Positions 1 through 9,168 of a DNA stretch of 24,000 nt are shown one piece after another. The position numbers were made by a program, and so were the translations under genes. The notes under the pieces were generated by a model. That model had not been told where the DNA came from. It searched no databases and was given only the letters and a program-made list of their open reading frames with translations. How positions within the stretch are numbered: position 1 is the first letter of the stretch; every line of letters begins with the position of its first letter. This stretch comes from Methanobacteriota archaeon (GTDB taxonomy: Archaea; Thermoplasmatota; E2; DHVEG-1): contig CAVYNH010000006.1 in the NCBI GenBank assembly GCA_963769885.1, positions 502,632-526,631 of the forward strand, read 5' to 3'.

Positions 1-168
1 GACTCCCTTAACATCCTCTCCAGAACCCAGAAGATCTACGCCTGCGCCTTCCAAGGCAAACGCTACGACGTCGGCGACAAACTCGGCTACATCCAAGCCA
101 TCATCGACTTCGCCATCGCCAACCCAGAACTCAAAAACGGCGTCCTCTCCCACATCAACAGCAGCTAA
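1..168 (+). CDS. galU: C-terminal fragment of UTP--glucose-1-phosphate uridylyltransferase (GalU family)
   Basis: Frame 1 reads ...RTQKIYACAFQGKRYDVGDKLGYIQAIIDFAIANPEL..., with the GalU C-terminal signature G-x-RYD-x-GDKLGY-x-x-A; stop TAA 166-168; truncated by the window start. Confidence 0.85.
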   Translation, partial: DSLNILSRTQKIYACAFQGKRYDVGDKLGYIQAIIDFAIANPELKNGVLSHINSS

Positions 169-177
169 TCCCTTGAC

Positions 178-1278
178 TCATTTTTTCACAGCCGCTGTTA
201 TGGACTCGACGACGAACTGCTGTTGCTCATCCGTCAACTCAGGATACATCGGGATGGAGACGATCTCCTCCGCCAACCGCTCAGTGACCGGGAACTGCCC
301 CCTTCGCCACCCACGGGAGGCATACGCTGGCTGCAGATGCAACGGGATCGGATAATGAATCCCACACTCAATCCCCTGACCAGCCAGCGACGCCATCACC
401 CCAGCACGCCGCTGCGTCCGAATCACATACATGTAATAGACATGCTTCGCCCCAGGTGCCTCATGGATCCGCTCCAGTGACGACGGCAACGCCTCATCAT
501 AGAAGCGGGCATGAGCACGGCGCAGATCCGTCCACCGCGACAAATGACGCAGCTTCACGGAAAGCACGGCAGCTTGAAGGGCATCCAGCCGGTAGTTGTA
601 TCCTTCAGCCTCATGCTCATACTTTTTCGTGCGGCCATGATTCGATAACATCCGCAGCCGCGCTGCGAGCTCCGAATCATTAGTTGTAATCGCCCCGCCA
701 TCGCCATAGCACCCAAGGTTTTTCGCGGGGAAGAAACTATAACAGGCGACCCTCCCGTACGCCCCGGGTTGCCGACCTCGCCATTCCGCCCCATGGGCTT
801 GTGCAGCGTCCTCAATGATGGCGATGTCTCGGGCCTCTGCCATCTCCTGAAGACGGTCCATGTCTGGCATCTGCCCATAAAGGTCGACGACGATGATTGC
901 CTTCGTCTTCGGCGTCAGTGCCTTCTCCACACGATCGACATCAATCAGGCCCGTCTCCGGGACCACGTCCACAAAACGAATGATGCCGCCGACATACGAG
1001 ATACACTCGGTCGTCGCAATAAACGTGTTCGGGACGGTGAGTACCTCGTCTCCTTTCATCACCCCGCAGCCAAGGAGGGCGAGATGCAGCGCCGCGGTTC
1101 CGTTGGAACATCCAATCGCGTGTTTCATGGAAGTATACGCCGCAAACTCATCCTCGAAACCCTTGACTCGAGGGCCCATGATGAAGGAGCCGCTTTCCAA
1201 GACCTTATTGATAGCCTGGTCTACCTCTGATTTGATGGAATGGTAATTCGCCTTGAGGTCCACCAGCGGTATTTTCAT
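178..1278 (-). CDS. DegT/DnrJ/EryC1/StrS family PLP-dependent sugar aminotransferase (WbpE-like)
   Basis: MKIPLVDLKANYHSIKSEVDQAINKVLESGSFIMGPRVKGFEDEFAAYTS..., IIEDAAQAHGA, SFFPAKNLGCYGDGGAI; the track start at 1419 includes 47 non-homologous N-terminal residues, so the start was reassigned to 1278. Confidence 0.92.
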   Translation of the reverse strand: MKIPLVDLKANYHSIKSEVDQAINKVLESGSFIMGPRVKGFEDEFAAYTSMKHAIGCSNGTAALHLALLGCGVMKGDEVLTVPNTFIATTECISYVGGIIRFVDVVPETGLIDVDRVEKALTPKTKAIIVVDLYGQMPDMDRLQEMAEARDIAIIEDAAQAHGAEWRGRQPGAYGRVACYSFFPAKNLGCYGDGGAITTNDSELAARLRMLSNHGRTKKYEHEAEGYNYRLDALQAAVLSVKLRHLSRWTDLRRAHARFYDEALPSSLERIHEAPGAKHVYYMYVIRTQRRAGVMASLAGQGIECGIHYPIPLHLQPAYASRGWRRGQFPVTERLAEEIVSIPMYPELTDEQQQFVVESITAAVKK

Positions 1279-1282
1279 GGGT

Positions 1283-1759
1283 TCACTCTCGTCGCAGCGA
1301 CCGCAGCTTTCGAGCTGGGTTCCCTGCATAGATTCCCGGAGAGGTAATGTCTTTGGTAACGACAGACCCGGCGCCAATAACAACGTGATCAGTGATGCAG
1401 ACCGGAAGGATTGTCGCATTCGTCCCTATCGACACGTGGTTGCCGATGGTGGTTGGTTTCCACAACGACTGATCTCCGCCCGCTGGTCTGCCGACTGAGA
1501 AGAGATCGTTGACGAACTTCGCCCCGTGGGAGATGAAACAGTAGTCTCCAATGGTCACAAGCGAGCAGATGAAGGCGTGGGATTGGATCTTGCAGTTACG
1601 GCCGATCTTGACCGTGCTTTGAATCTCGACAAACGGACCGATGAAGCAGTTATCGCCGATCTCGCATTCGTAGAGGTTCACGGGCTCGACGACGGTCACG
1701 TTCTCTCCGAAGGTCACGTCTCTGATTTGGGCCTTAGACAGCTTTGGAGTGTTCGTCAT
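1283..1759 (-). CDS. Left-handed beta-helix (hexapeptide repeat) N-acetyltransferase, WbpD-like
   Basis: Hexapeptide repeats (IGDNCFIGPFVEIQSTVKIGRNCKIQSHAFI...VSIGTNATILPVCITDHVVIGAGSVVTKD), ending AGNPARKL. Confidence 0.88.
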   Translation of the reverse strand: MTNTPKLSKAQIRDVTFGENVTVVEPVNLYECEIGDNCFIGPFVEIQSTVKIGRNCKIQSHAFICSLVTIGDYCFISHGAKFVNDLFSVGRPAGGDQSLWKPTTIGNHVSIGTNATILPVCITDHVVIGAGSVVTKDITSPGIYAGNPARKLRSLRRE

Positions 1760-2789
1760 TTAGCACGTTCCCTTAAGTTTCCTACCCGATGCTTTGTATA
1801 TTTTTTCAATGATTTGAACGGTCTTGAGGCCGTCGAGCATGTCTGTGGTGATTCGGCCGCCGTGGACAAGGACATCGACGATGTTTTGGTAGACTTTGTC
1901 GTGATTGGACATCGATCCTTGGGCTTTGCCGTAGATGTTCGGCGGGTTTCCGAGGGGGAGGCTGGGGATCGTATAGCCCTCGATATTTTGGTACTCGAGG
2001 ATGTTGAGGGTACTGTCCGCCGATCTTCACAGTCCCTTTTTCACCGAAGAGCGTCAACGAGCCCTCCATGTTCTTGCCGTAGCTGTCGATTGTGAAGTTG
2101 ATCGCCCCGATTGCCCCGGAGGAGAACGAAAGGATGGCGACGCCCGTGTCCTCGAATTCCACGGTGTCATGGTGCAGGTAGTTTTGGGTATATACTTTCA
2201 CGTCCTCGACGTCTCCGATGAGCCAGTAGATGAGGTCGATGAAGTGGCTGTACTGGGTGAAGAGGGTGCCTCCGTCTAGCGCGAGTTTCCCCCGCCAGTC
2301 GGATTCTCGATAATAGTCTTGGTTCCTGTTCCAGAAGCAGTTGACTTGGATGTTGATGATCTTGCCGAGTTTCCCGGCGTCGATGGCCTGTTTTAGGGCG
2401 GCGACGGGGGGGTTAAACCGGTTTTGCTTGACGATAAATAGCCGGCGGTTGGTCTCTTCTGCGGTATGGATCATGCGTTCGCAGTCGTGGACGGTTGTGG
2501 CCATGGGTTTTTCGCAGAGGACGTTGCAGCCTGCCTTTAACGCCGCGATGGTATGATGCGCATGGAGTCCATTGGGCGTGCAGATGGAGATGAGGTCCAG
2601 GGTTTTTTCCTCGGCGAGCATGTCTTCGAGGGAATAGTATGCCCGGCAGTTGTAGGCCGCGGCGATGGTGTCGGCTCGGTCGTGTTTGATGTCGCAGACT
2701 GCCGCGAGGTCGCCGATGGCGTTTGCGTGTCGTGCGTGTTGGGAGCCGATGTGGCCGACTCCGAGGACTGCGATACGGAGTTTTTTCAT
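1760..2789 (-). CDS. Gfo/Idh/MocA family oxidoreductase (WbpB-like), apparent 1-nt frameshift near 2008-2010
   Basis: N-terminal Rossmann motif AVLGVGHIGSQHARHA and LCEKPMA. The track ORF ends at 1806 after a nonsensical tail. Dropping one G of the GGG at 2008-2010 restores ...YLNILEYQNIEGYTIPSLPLGNPPNIYGKAQGSMSNHDKVYQNIVDVLVHGGRITTDMLDGLKTVQIIEKIYKASGRKLKGTC, stopping at 1760-1762. Confidence 0.85.
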
Positions 2790-2933
2790 GTCTCTTGCGG
2801 ATAATTCTTCTCCCCTATTTAAACAATGACCGCCGTTTCCAGGTGGAGAGGAGGGTGTGGGTCTGTGGGGATTCCAGGGAAGGATGATTTTATATAGCTC
2901 TAGTGGTCTTTTTGATTGGGGTGAATTGGTACT

Positions 2934-3629
2934 ATGAAGAAGATCTTGGTAGTTGGGGCTGTCCTTGTTGTGGTCAGTCTCTTAGGCATCTCGTTGTCAT
3001 CGGCAGTGGTTGTTCGGCCGTCAGAGCCGGCGAGTGAAGCGACTCTTGACCAGAATCCTGTATGGGAGGCGGCAGAGCGTGTGTTGCCTGCGTCGGTTGC
3101 GAAGCAGATTTTGACTCTGGCGCAGGATCATCCTGAAGTCGCTTCAGCCATGGCCATGAGGGGATCGGTTGGGCAGCTGGCTAATGGATCTAATACGTCG
3201 TTTTTGACGAAGATGTGGCGGGTCGTGTTCTACTACCGCCTCTGTCGCTTATTGTTCAGTTATGGCGTGTTCACCGTGTTTCCCACGAAGGTCATGGGAG
3301 TCCGTGTATTGCATTGGGCGATCCAGGTCTTGAAGTGGGTTCAGATTGGTTTATTGCTTGGTCTGATTGAGGTCCCGCAGCCGCCACCGGTGCCACCTGA
3401 GATTTCGTTTGTGGCGGACGATACGAACCGGACTATGACGGTGACGGCAGTAAATTTCTCGCAACCTGTTAACTGGTCCGATATCGCTCAGGTTGGGAAT
3501 GGCACGTGTGACCCCTTGCCGAATGGGACCGTGGAGGCCGGGGATATGATTACGAACTGTTCCGGGTGGATCATCCTAGTATATGTGCCGTATTCGGCAT
3601 GGCTGTACGATCATCAGTTCCCTGAGTGA
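2934..3629 (+). CDS. Hypothetical secreted/membrane-anchored protein with N-terminal signal or TM segment and central hydrophobic segment
   Basis: MKKILVVGAVLVVVSLLGISLSSAVVV N-terminus; several N-x-S/T sequons in the C-terminal half; TATA-like tttatatag upstream and GGGGTGA before the ATG. Confidence 0.7.
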   Translation: MKKILVVGAVLVVVSLLGISLSSAVVVRPSEPASEATLDQNPVWEAAERVLPASVAKQILTLAQDHPEVASAMAMRGSVGQLANGSNTSFLTKMWRVVFYYRLCRLLFSYGVFTVFPTKVMGVRVLHWAIQVLKWVQIGLLLGLIEVPQPPPVPPEISFVADDTNRTMTVTAVNFSQPVNWSDIAQVGNGTCDPLPNGTVEAGDMITNCSGWIILVYVPYSAWLYDHQFPE

Positions 3630-3647
3630 AGTCTTCGCTGGGTTGTC

Positions 3648-4643
3648 TTAGAGCTTGCTGTAGACGAGTCCTCGCAGGAAGCCGAGGCCATATCCGACGT
3701 GGATGAGGAGGTAAAAGAAAGGGCTGGTGATGACGACTGCAAGCCGTCGGATGACCTGCAAGATGCTTATTATTGAGAGGAGGATATAGGCGACGACGAG
3801 GAGGGGGACAACCCAGATTGGAATGAGGAGGGTGGCGGTCAGCGCCACGAGGGAGATGCCGCCGATGATGAGGACTGGTCCGAGGAGATGGAAGTATCTC
3901 AGGGTCGTGGGATGTTTTTTAACCATTTTCGCGCGCGCGATCCCGTAGCGGTACATCTGGTGCCAGAGTGACCGGATGGTGGGTCGTTTGAAGTGGAGGA
4001 CCTTGGTGTTGGGGGTGTAGAGGATCTTGTAGCCGGCGTCGCGGAGGCGGATGTCGAGCTCGTAATCTTGGCCGCACCAAAAATCCGGGTCGAATTTCCC
4101 GACTTGTTCGACGGGTTTGCGGCGGTAGCAGGCGAAGGAGATGTGGTCGGTGAATCGTTCGGTAGGGTACACGGCGTTTTGCGAGAAGAAGCTCTTGCCG
4201 CCGAGGAAGCTGAGGAAGGCGGCGGCGGAGGCTTGGGCGATGAAGCCTTGATCTGGGGGGGAGAGGTTGGAGCATCCGACGGCGGCGACGTCCGGTGGCT
4301 GTTGCTGGAGGGTGAGGGCGAGGACGGTGAGGAGGTTTTGTTCGGCGATGACGTGACCGGAGTAGTTCATGAGCATGTCGGTGGTGGAGTGGTCGATGCA
4401 GAGGTTGCGGCCGATGGCGGTGTTGCCGGTTGGGTTGTCAATGATTTTGATGGTGGGGTGTTTTTTGGCGTAGTCTTCGGCGATGGCTCGGGTGGCGTCG
4501 GTTGAGGGTCCGATGGCGAGGAGGATCTCGGTTTTATCTTTGGGGTAGTCTAAGTTGAGGAGGGCGTCGAGGCATTGCCTGAGGGTTTTTTCTTCGTTTC
4601 GTAGGGGTATGAGGAATGCGACTTTGGGATACTCGCATTGCAT
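3648..4643 (-). CDS. Glycosyltransferase family 2, membrane-associated
   Basis: VAFLIPLRNEEKTLRQCLDALLNLDYPKDKTEILLAIG, GFLSFLGG..., PDFWCGQDYELDIRLRDAGYKILYTP, C-terminal TM helices. Confidence 0.88.
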   Translation of the reverse strand: MQCEYPKVAFLIPLRNEEKTLRQCLDALLNLDYPKDKTEILLAIGPSTDATRAIAEDYAKKHPTIKIIDNPTGNTAIGRNLCIDHSTTDMLMNYSGHVIAEQNLLTVLALTLQQQPPDVAAVGCSNLSPPDQGFIAQASAAAFLSFLGGKSFFSQNAVYPTERFTDHISFACYRRKPVEQVGKFDPDFWCGQDYELDIRLRDAGYKILYTPNTKVLHFKRPTIRSLWHQMYRYGIARAKMVKKHPTTLRYFHLLGPVLIIGGISLVALTATLLIPIWVVPLLVVAYILLSIISILQVIRRLAVVITSPFFYLLIHVGYGLGFLRGLVYSKL

Positions 4644-4748
4644 GGGGGGTAAAAAACAGCTGATTCTATTTAATTGTACTTGCTGGGTCGTGTGGGAGCG
4701 AAGTGGAAATATTGCGGAAAAGAGGGAAATGGTTGGTTGAGTGTGTCC

Positions 4749-6362
4749 TTATTTACGGTCTTCGTCTGATTCTTCCTTGATTTCTGTTTTGATGTATTTG
4801 TACATCTCGCGTGGGTGGAGGATGTTAAGGAAGAACCTAAGGTCTTTTTTGGTGAATTCGCGCATAAGGGAGAGGATTCCGAGGTAGAGGAGGAGGCCGA
4901 CGGCGGCGACGAGGAGAACGGTGTACCAGCGGTTGATGAGGACAAGGGTGCTGACGGCGTAGAGCGCGAGGCCCATGAGGGCTCCGGCGAGGATGTGCAG
5001 GAATGTTTTGAGTGGGATTATTGTTGAGTGGACGAGTCGTTTTGCAGAGATTTTTAGGAGCACGAGTCCGACGAAGATTGCGGTGCTGGAGGCAATGGCG
5101 GCGCCAGTGGGGCCGTTGATGCCGAGGGGGGCGAGCAGTCCCTGTTGTGGGACGAAGAGGAAGTCGAGGATGATGTTGATGAGGCAGATGATGAGCCCGT
5201 TTTTCGCCGCGACCTTCGGCTTGTTTACTCCTGTGATAAGGGAAGTATGGAGGGCCATGTAGGTGTAGATGAAGGTGTAGATGGAGAGGGTGATGAGGAC
5301 GCTTATCGCTGGGTAGAAGGAGCTGTTGAGCATGATGCTGATGATTGGTTTGGCGAAGACGATGATGACGACGATGACTGGGATCATGATCATGCTGATA
5401 TATCGTTCCGCCATTGCAAGGGTCTCGCGTATTTTCCCGTAGTCAGCGGTTGAGTGGAATTGTGAGAAGGCGGGGAAGAGGACGAAGGTCATGGCGGCGG
5501 AGATGATGAGGAGGATTTGGATGATTTGCTGGACGGAGAAGTAATAGCCGACCTCGACGGAGGTCCAGAAGAATCCGATGACGATTCGGTCCAAGTTCGC
5601 GGAGAGGATTAGGAGCACTGAGATGAGGAGGGTCGGGAGGGCGAAGCTGAAGTAGTTTTTTGCCAGTGCCATGCTCGGTCGTTTCACTGGGCATTTTCTG
5701 AGGAACCAGAATCCAATGATCGCTGAGGCAATCATGCCGAAGACATAGGCCATGGCCTGGGATCCGACGGCGTGGGTTGCGATGAATTGCTGCAGTGGTG
5801 TGAGTGTCTCGGGCCAGATGATGAGCGGGGCGATGCCGGCGATGGTGACTCCTGCGAGTGCGACAAAGATGGTGAGGGGGACTTTCACGATGTTCTCCGT
5901 GACGGCCGTGAGTTGTTGTTTCGCAATTTCGCCTTTTCCGTTAAAGGTCACCATGGTGATTTGTTGGAGGTTGTAGAAGAAGTAGTAGATGACAAAGACG
6001 TAGACGATGGATTCTGTGGTCGCGTCAGTGAAGCCGCCATGAAGGAGAGTTTTCCATAAGAAGATGCTAGTGAGGACAACAGCGACCATGAGCAGGTTGA
6101 GAAGTATTTTTATGGTGGCGAAGGTGCCGATGCAGGTGCTAAGGTCTTGGCCTTCGGAGATGCGTTTGATGTGTGCCTGGGTGAAACCAAGGTCGCCGAT
6201 GATGTTGAAGATGCTGACAAAAGCCATGGCGAACCCGATGATTCCGAGGGCTTCGGGGGCGAAACCGCCCCACAGCTTGGCGAGGATGAGGAGTCCGAAC
6301 CATCCGAGGAACCGGGTGAAAAACTGTGCTCCGATAACGAGGAATGATTTTCTTGCCAGCAT
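4749..6362 (-). CDS. Oligosaccharide/polysaccharide flippase (MATE/Wzx-like)
   Basis: 537 aa, about 12-14 hydrophobic segments; KSFLVIGAQFFTRFLGWFGLLILAKLWGGFAPEALGIIGFAMAFVSIFNIIGDLGFTQAHIKRISEG typical of Wzx-type flippases. Confidence 0.88.
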   Translation of the reverse strand: MLARKSFLVIGAQFFTRFLGWFGLLILAKLWGGFAPEALGIIGFAMAFVSIFNIIGDLGFTQAHIKRISEGQDLSTCIGTFATIKILLNLLMVAVVLTSIFLWKTLLHGGFTDATTESIVYVFVIYYFFYNLQQITMVTFNGKGEIAKQQLTAVTENIVKVPLTIFVALAGVTIAGIAPLIIWPETLTPLQQFIATHAVGSQAMAYVFGMIASAIIGFWFLRKCPVKRPSMALAKNYFSFALPTLLISVLLILSANLDRIVIGFFWTSVEVGYYFSVQQIIQILLIISAAMTFVLFPAFSQFHSTADYGKIRETLAMAERYISMIMIPVIVVIIVFAKPIISIMLNSSFYPAISVLITLSIYTFIYTYMALHTSLITGVNKPKVAAKNGLIICLINIILDFLFVPQQGLLAPLGINGPTGAAIASSTAIFVGLVLLKISAKRLVHSTIIPLKTFLHILAGALMGLALYAVSTLVLINRWYTVLLVAAVGLLLYLGILSLMREFTKKDLRFFLNILHPREMYKYIKTEIKEESDEDRK

Positions 6363-6536
6363 GAGGTCAGGGGGAACATCATTCTTTGTCTTTTAAAGAT
6401 GTATCCTTAGCACCCTCGGTTTTAAGAAAGGGAAAAAACCGTTCACCAAACTGCGGTGTCTGGGTTCAACTCGCCATTGCAAATTGATTCAGGTCCATGG
6501 GAAGCAAAACAGGTTCAGGGAAATCACTGCTGCCGA

Positions 6537-6908
6537 CTACCCAATGACCTGAACGACATGCTCGTTCAGAATAAGGAACTCCACGAGCTCCTGCGTCTTC
6601 TTCAGGTTCTTGAGCAGATTAGAGTCGACCGTGTACTTAAAGCGTGACAGGATACGACTACCGGTCGGCCCCCAGCTCCCGATCTCTACGTACTGACCGT
6701 CCACATTCTTAATCCCCCCGAGAATCGTGAATGACTCGGTGACCATCCGATACGAACAAGACCCACATTCCATAACCGTACGATAGGGGACAAACGCGTT
6801 GTCCACATCATAAATCGGCTCAATCTGGATAATGGTCAGCTTCCCCTGGCATTGCGGGCAGCGCAGCCCAGGCGCCCCCGGCTCATGAACCATTTTCTCC
6901 TCCTGCAT
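6537..6908 (-). CDS. Zinc-ribbon protein, possibly related to archaeal ZPR1-type proteins
   Basis: RCPQCQGKLTIIQIEPIYDVDNAFVPYRTVMECGSCSYRMVTESF: two CxxC pairs in a ZPR1-like layout. Confidence 0.5.
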   Translation of the reverse strand: MQEEKMVHEPGAPGLRCPQCQGKLTIIQIEPIYDVDNAFVPYRTVMECGSCSYRMVTESFTILGGIKNVDGQYVEIGSWGPTGSRILSRFKYTVDSNLLKNLKKTQELVEFLILNEHVVQVIG

Positions 6909-7035
6909 GAGGCTCCCTTCCGAATACTTTCTCCACTCCGTATTATTACTCCGTTCCCCTATATAGAGTTTTGCACCCTTCCGCCACGATCCGGCACGGC
7001 CTTATTAACACCCACGAAGATAGCGGAATACGACG

Positions 7036-7821
7036 ATGCCACACATGAAAATCATCACGTTTCTCACGGACTTCGGCGACAAAGACGGGTACGTCGCCCA
7101 GATGAAAGGCGTCGCCAGCTGTCTGACCAACGCACGGCTCCTCGACATCACCCATGATGTTCCCGCGCACCACGTGCGGCACGGCGCCTTCCTCCTCTGG
7201 ACCGTCGCCGGATGGTTCCCCAAAGGAACCGTCCATGTCGCCGTGGTCGACCCTGGCGTCGGGACCCCCAGAAAACCCATCTTTGTCGTCGCCAAGAATT
7301 ACGTTTTCATCGGCCCGGACAACGGCCTGCTCCTCCCCGCCTGTCACAACGAGTCCCCGTTCACCGTCTATGAGATCACCGAACAGAATTTCCATATCCA
7401 TGGCGGTCAAACGTTCCATGGGCGTGACATCTTCACCCCGGTCGCCGCGTACATCACCAACGGCGTCCCGTTCGAAAAACTCGGGAGGCCGACGACGTCT
7501 TACGTCGACCTCCGGTTTCCTATAGCAGAGCGGCATGAAGACGCAATCCACGGGATGATTCTCTATGTGGACCGTTTCGGCAACCTCATTACCAACATCA
7601 AGGGCCAGCTGCTTCCGGCCCGGGAAGGCAGAGTACGTATCTCATTCTCTGGCCATGAGGAGAGCCTGCCCGTTATGTCATCGTACGGTCATGTTGGCGT
7701 GGGGGAGCCGCTGCTCACGGTGGGCAGTAGCGGGTTCCTTGAGATCGCCGTGAACAAAGGGAATGCAGCGACCAGGTTCCAGGCACGTGAGGAGGATCCG
7801 GTCGCGATTCGGCTCGTCTAA
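7036..7821 (+). CDS. SAM hydroxide adenosyltransferase (DUF62 family)
   Basis: MKIITFLTDFGDKDGYVAQMKGV...ITHDVPAHHVRHGAFLLWTVAGWFPKGTVHVAVVDPGVGT...FIGPDNGLL; RFGNLITNI. Confidence 0.93.
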   Translation: MPHMKIITFLTDFGDKDGYVAQMKGVASCLTNARLLDITHDVPAHHVRHGAFLLWTVAGWFPKGTVHVAVVDPGVGTPRKPIFVVAKNYVFIGPDNGLLLPACHNESPFTVYEITEQNFHIHGGQTFHGRDIFTPVAAYITNGVPFEKLGRPTTSYVDLRFPIAERHEDAIHGMILYVDRFGNLITNIKGQLLPAREGRVRISFSGHEESLPVMSSYGHVGVGEPLLTVGSSGFLEIAVNKGNAATRFQAREEDPVAIRLV

Positions 7822-8370
7822 AATTCTCTCCTGGCTTTTGGGTCCAAGGTGGTATACTCGTTGTCTCCGATGTAGTACAGCGGTTGTCGATGCTTGATGT
7901 TCAACAACTCGTTGGTGAACGAGTCATCGTCCGCGGTGATTGCGACCACCTCACCGATGAGAAGATCATGGTCACCGATACGGACGGCCTGGTGGAGGGT
8001 ACATTCGAGGTGGGCGTAGCCTTCGGCGAGGCTCGGGGTTTTCAGCTTCGGTACTCGGTTCGAAGGTGAGGCGGGTTTCCCGGGCCTTGTCTACGGTTCG
8101 CCCAGAGTGCGTTCCACAGTAGTCTGCCTGTTGAGCGAGTGAATAGGGGATGAAGTTGATGACGAACTCCTTGGTTTTGGTGATGCAGCCGTGGGAGTAG
8201 CGTCTGGGTGAGACGGAGATGCCGTAGAGTGGGGGGTTGCGGGAGATCGGGGTGTGCCAGGCAAGCGTGATGATGTTGGTCTTGCCATGGTCGTCGTTGC
8301 TGGTGACGAGCACGGTCTGCATGGGGAAGGCGTAGTGGTGGTAGGATGCGAGGGGTCGTGGTGTTTTCAT
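7818..8370 (-). CDS. Flavin reductase-like domain protein, apparent 1-nt frameshift near 8045-8050
   Basis: MQTVLVTSNDDHGKTNIITLAWHTPISRNPPLYGISVSPRRYSHGCITKTKEFVINF...CGTHSGRTVDK. The track ORF ends at 7972 out of frame. One base removed gives ...LTFEPSTKLKTPSLAEGYAHLECTLHQAVRIGDHDLLIGEVVAITADDDSFTNELLNIKHRQPLYYIGDNEYTTLDPKARREF with stop at 7818-7820. Confidence 0.85.
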
Positions 8371-8603
8371 GAGGAGTGTTCCTCCGTGGTTTTTCGGATG
8401 GCGTCGAGGAGGCCGTGGGCGTAGTTGATGCAGCCGAAGGCGGTGAAGTAGTCGCGTTTGTTGTAGTAGTATTTGGTGTCTTCGTAGTATTGGCAGGCGA
8501 GGGTGAGGACGGCGGTCGTCGGTTCGGGGAGGCGGGGTGGGAGGGTTTTTTGGTTTTCTTCGAACATGGTGATGTCCGTGGCGACGCGGGTTTTTTGGTC
8601 CAT
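8367..8603 (-). CDS. DUF357-like helical protein
   Basis: ALxxACQYYEDTKYYYNKRDYFTAFGCINYAHGLLDA matches the archaeal DUF357 pattern; its stop overlaps the flavin reductase start (ATGA). Confidence 0.7.
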   Translation of the reverse strand: MDQKTRVATDITMFEENQKTLPPRLPEPTTAVLTLACQYYEDTKYYYNKRDYFTAFGCINYAHGLLDAIRKTTEEHSS

Positions 8604-8787
8604 GGTCTCTTGCCTTGACTTCGGGTGAGCGTCTTGGGTGGCTTTAAATGTTGTTTTGTGTAGTTTTGTCGTTTTGTATCCGATATTTTGTTTCGTCGTC
8701 TGTGAGGCGACAAAAGTCGAAAGTTATTTAAAGCCGGGAGTCCACGGTTTTTTCATAGGTTCACGGTCTTAATTTGGATGTGGATGC

Positions 8788-9168
8788 ATGAGCCGTCGTG
8801 TTGGGACCCGGTTGTTGGAGGGCGCAGTGCAGGATCTCTTTGACTCGCGGGCGGAGGCGCGCATCTATCTGTTTCTGCTTCGTCATGAGGGGGCGCTGGG
8901 GGAGGAGGTGATCCGCGGGACGCGGCTTCATCCGAGTACGGTGCGGGAGCTGCTGTCGCGGATGTTTGCGCATCAGGTTATTGTGCGCCGGAAGCTGAAG
9001 ACCGATTCGATCGGGAAGAACCCGTACCTGTATTTTGCGGTGTCGCCGGTGGTGTTGTTGCGGCGAAGGGCGAAGACGCTGGAGCAGCGGTTGAACCTGA
9101 TTGCCTCGTACGGGAGCCGTCAGGAGACGGCGCATGTCCGTATCTGGGTCCGGGAGGAGGCGTCATGA
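8788..9168 (+). CDS. Winged-helix (TrmB-like) transcriptional regulator
   Basis: FDSRAEARIYLFLLRHEGALGEEVIRGTRLHPSTVRELLSRMFAHQVIVRRKL: helix-turn-helix; overlaps the downstream transporter start by ATGA. Confidence 0.75.
   Translation: MSRRVGTRLLEGAVQDLFDSRAEARIYLFLLRHEGALGEEVIRGTRLHPSTVRELLSRMFAHQVIVRRKLKTDSIGKNPYLYFAVSPVVLLRRRAKTLEQRLNLIASYGSRQETAHVRIWVREEAS

Noticed and set aside
3919-4505. Antisense/overlapping long ORFs (3919-4275 -, 3993-4505 +)
   Set aside because: Low-complexity readouts of the high-GC GT2 gene; no family features.
8042-8713. 223-aa minus-strand ORF rich in Pro/Thr/Ser
   Set aside because: Out-of-frame readout of the DUF357-like and flavin reductase genes.
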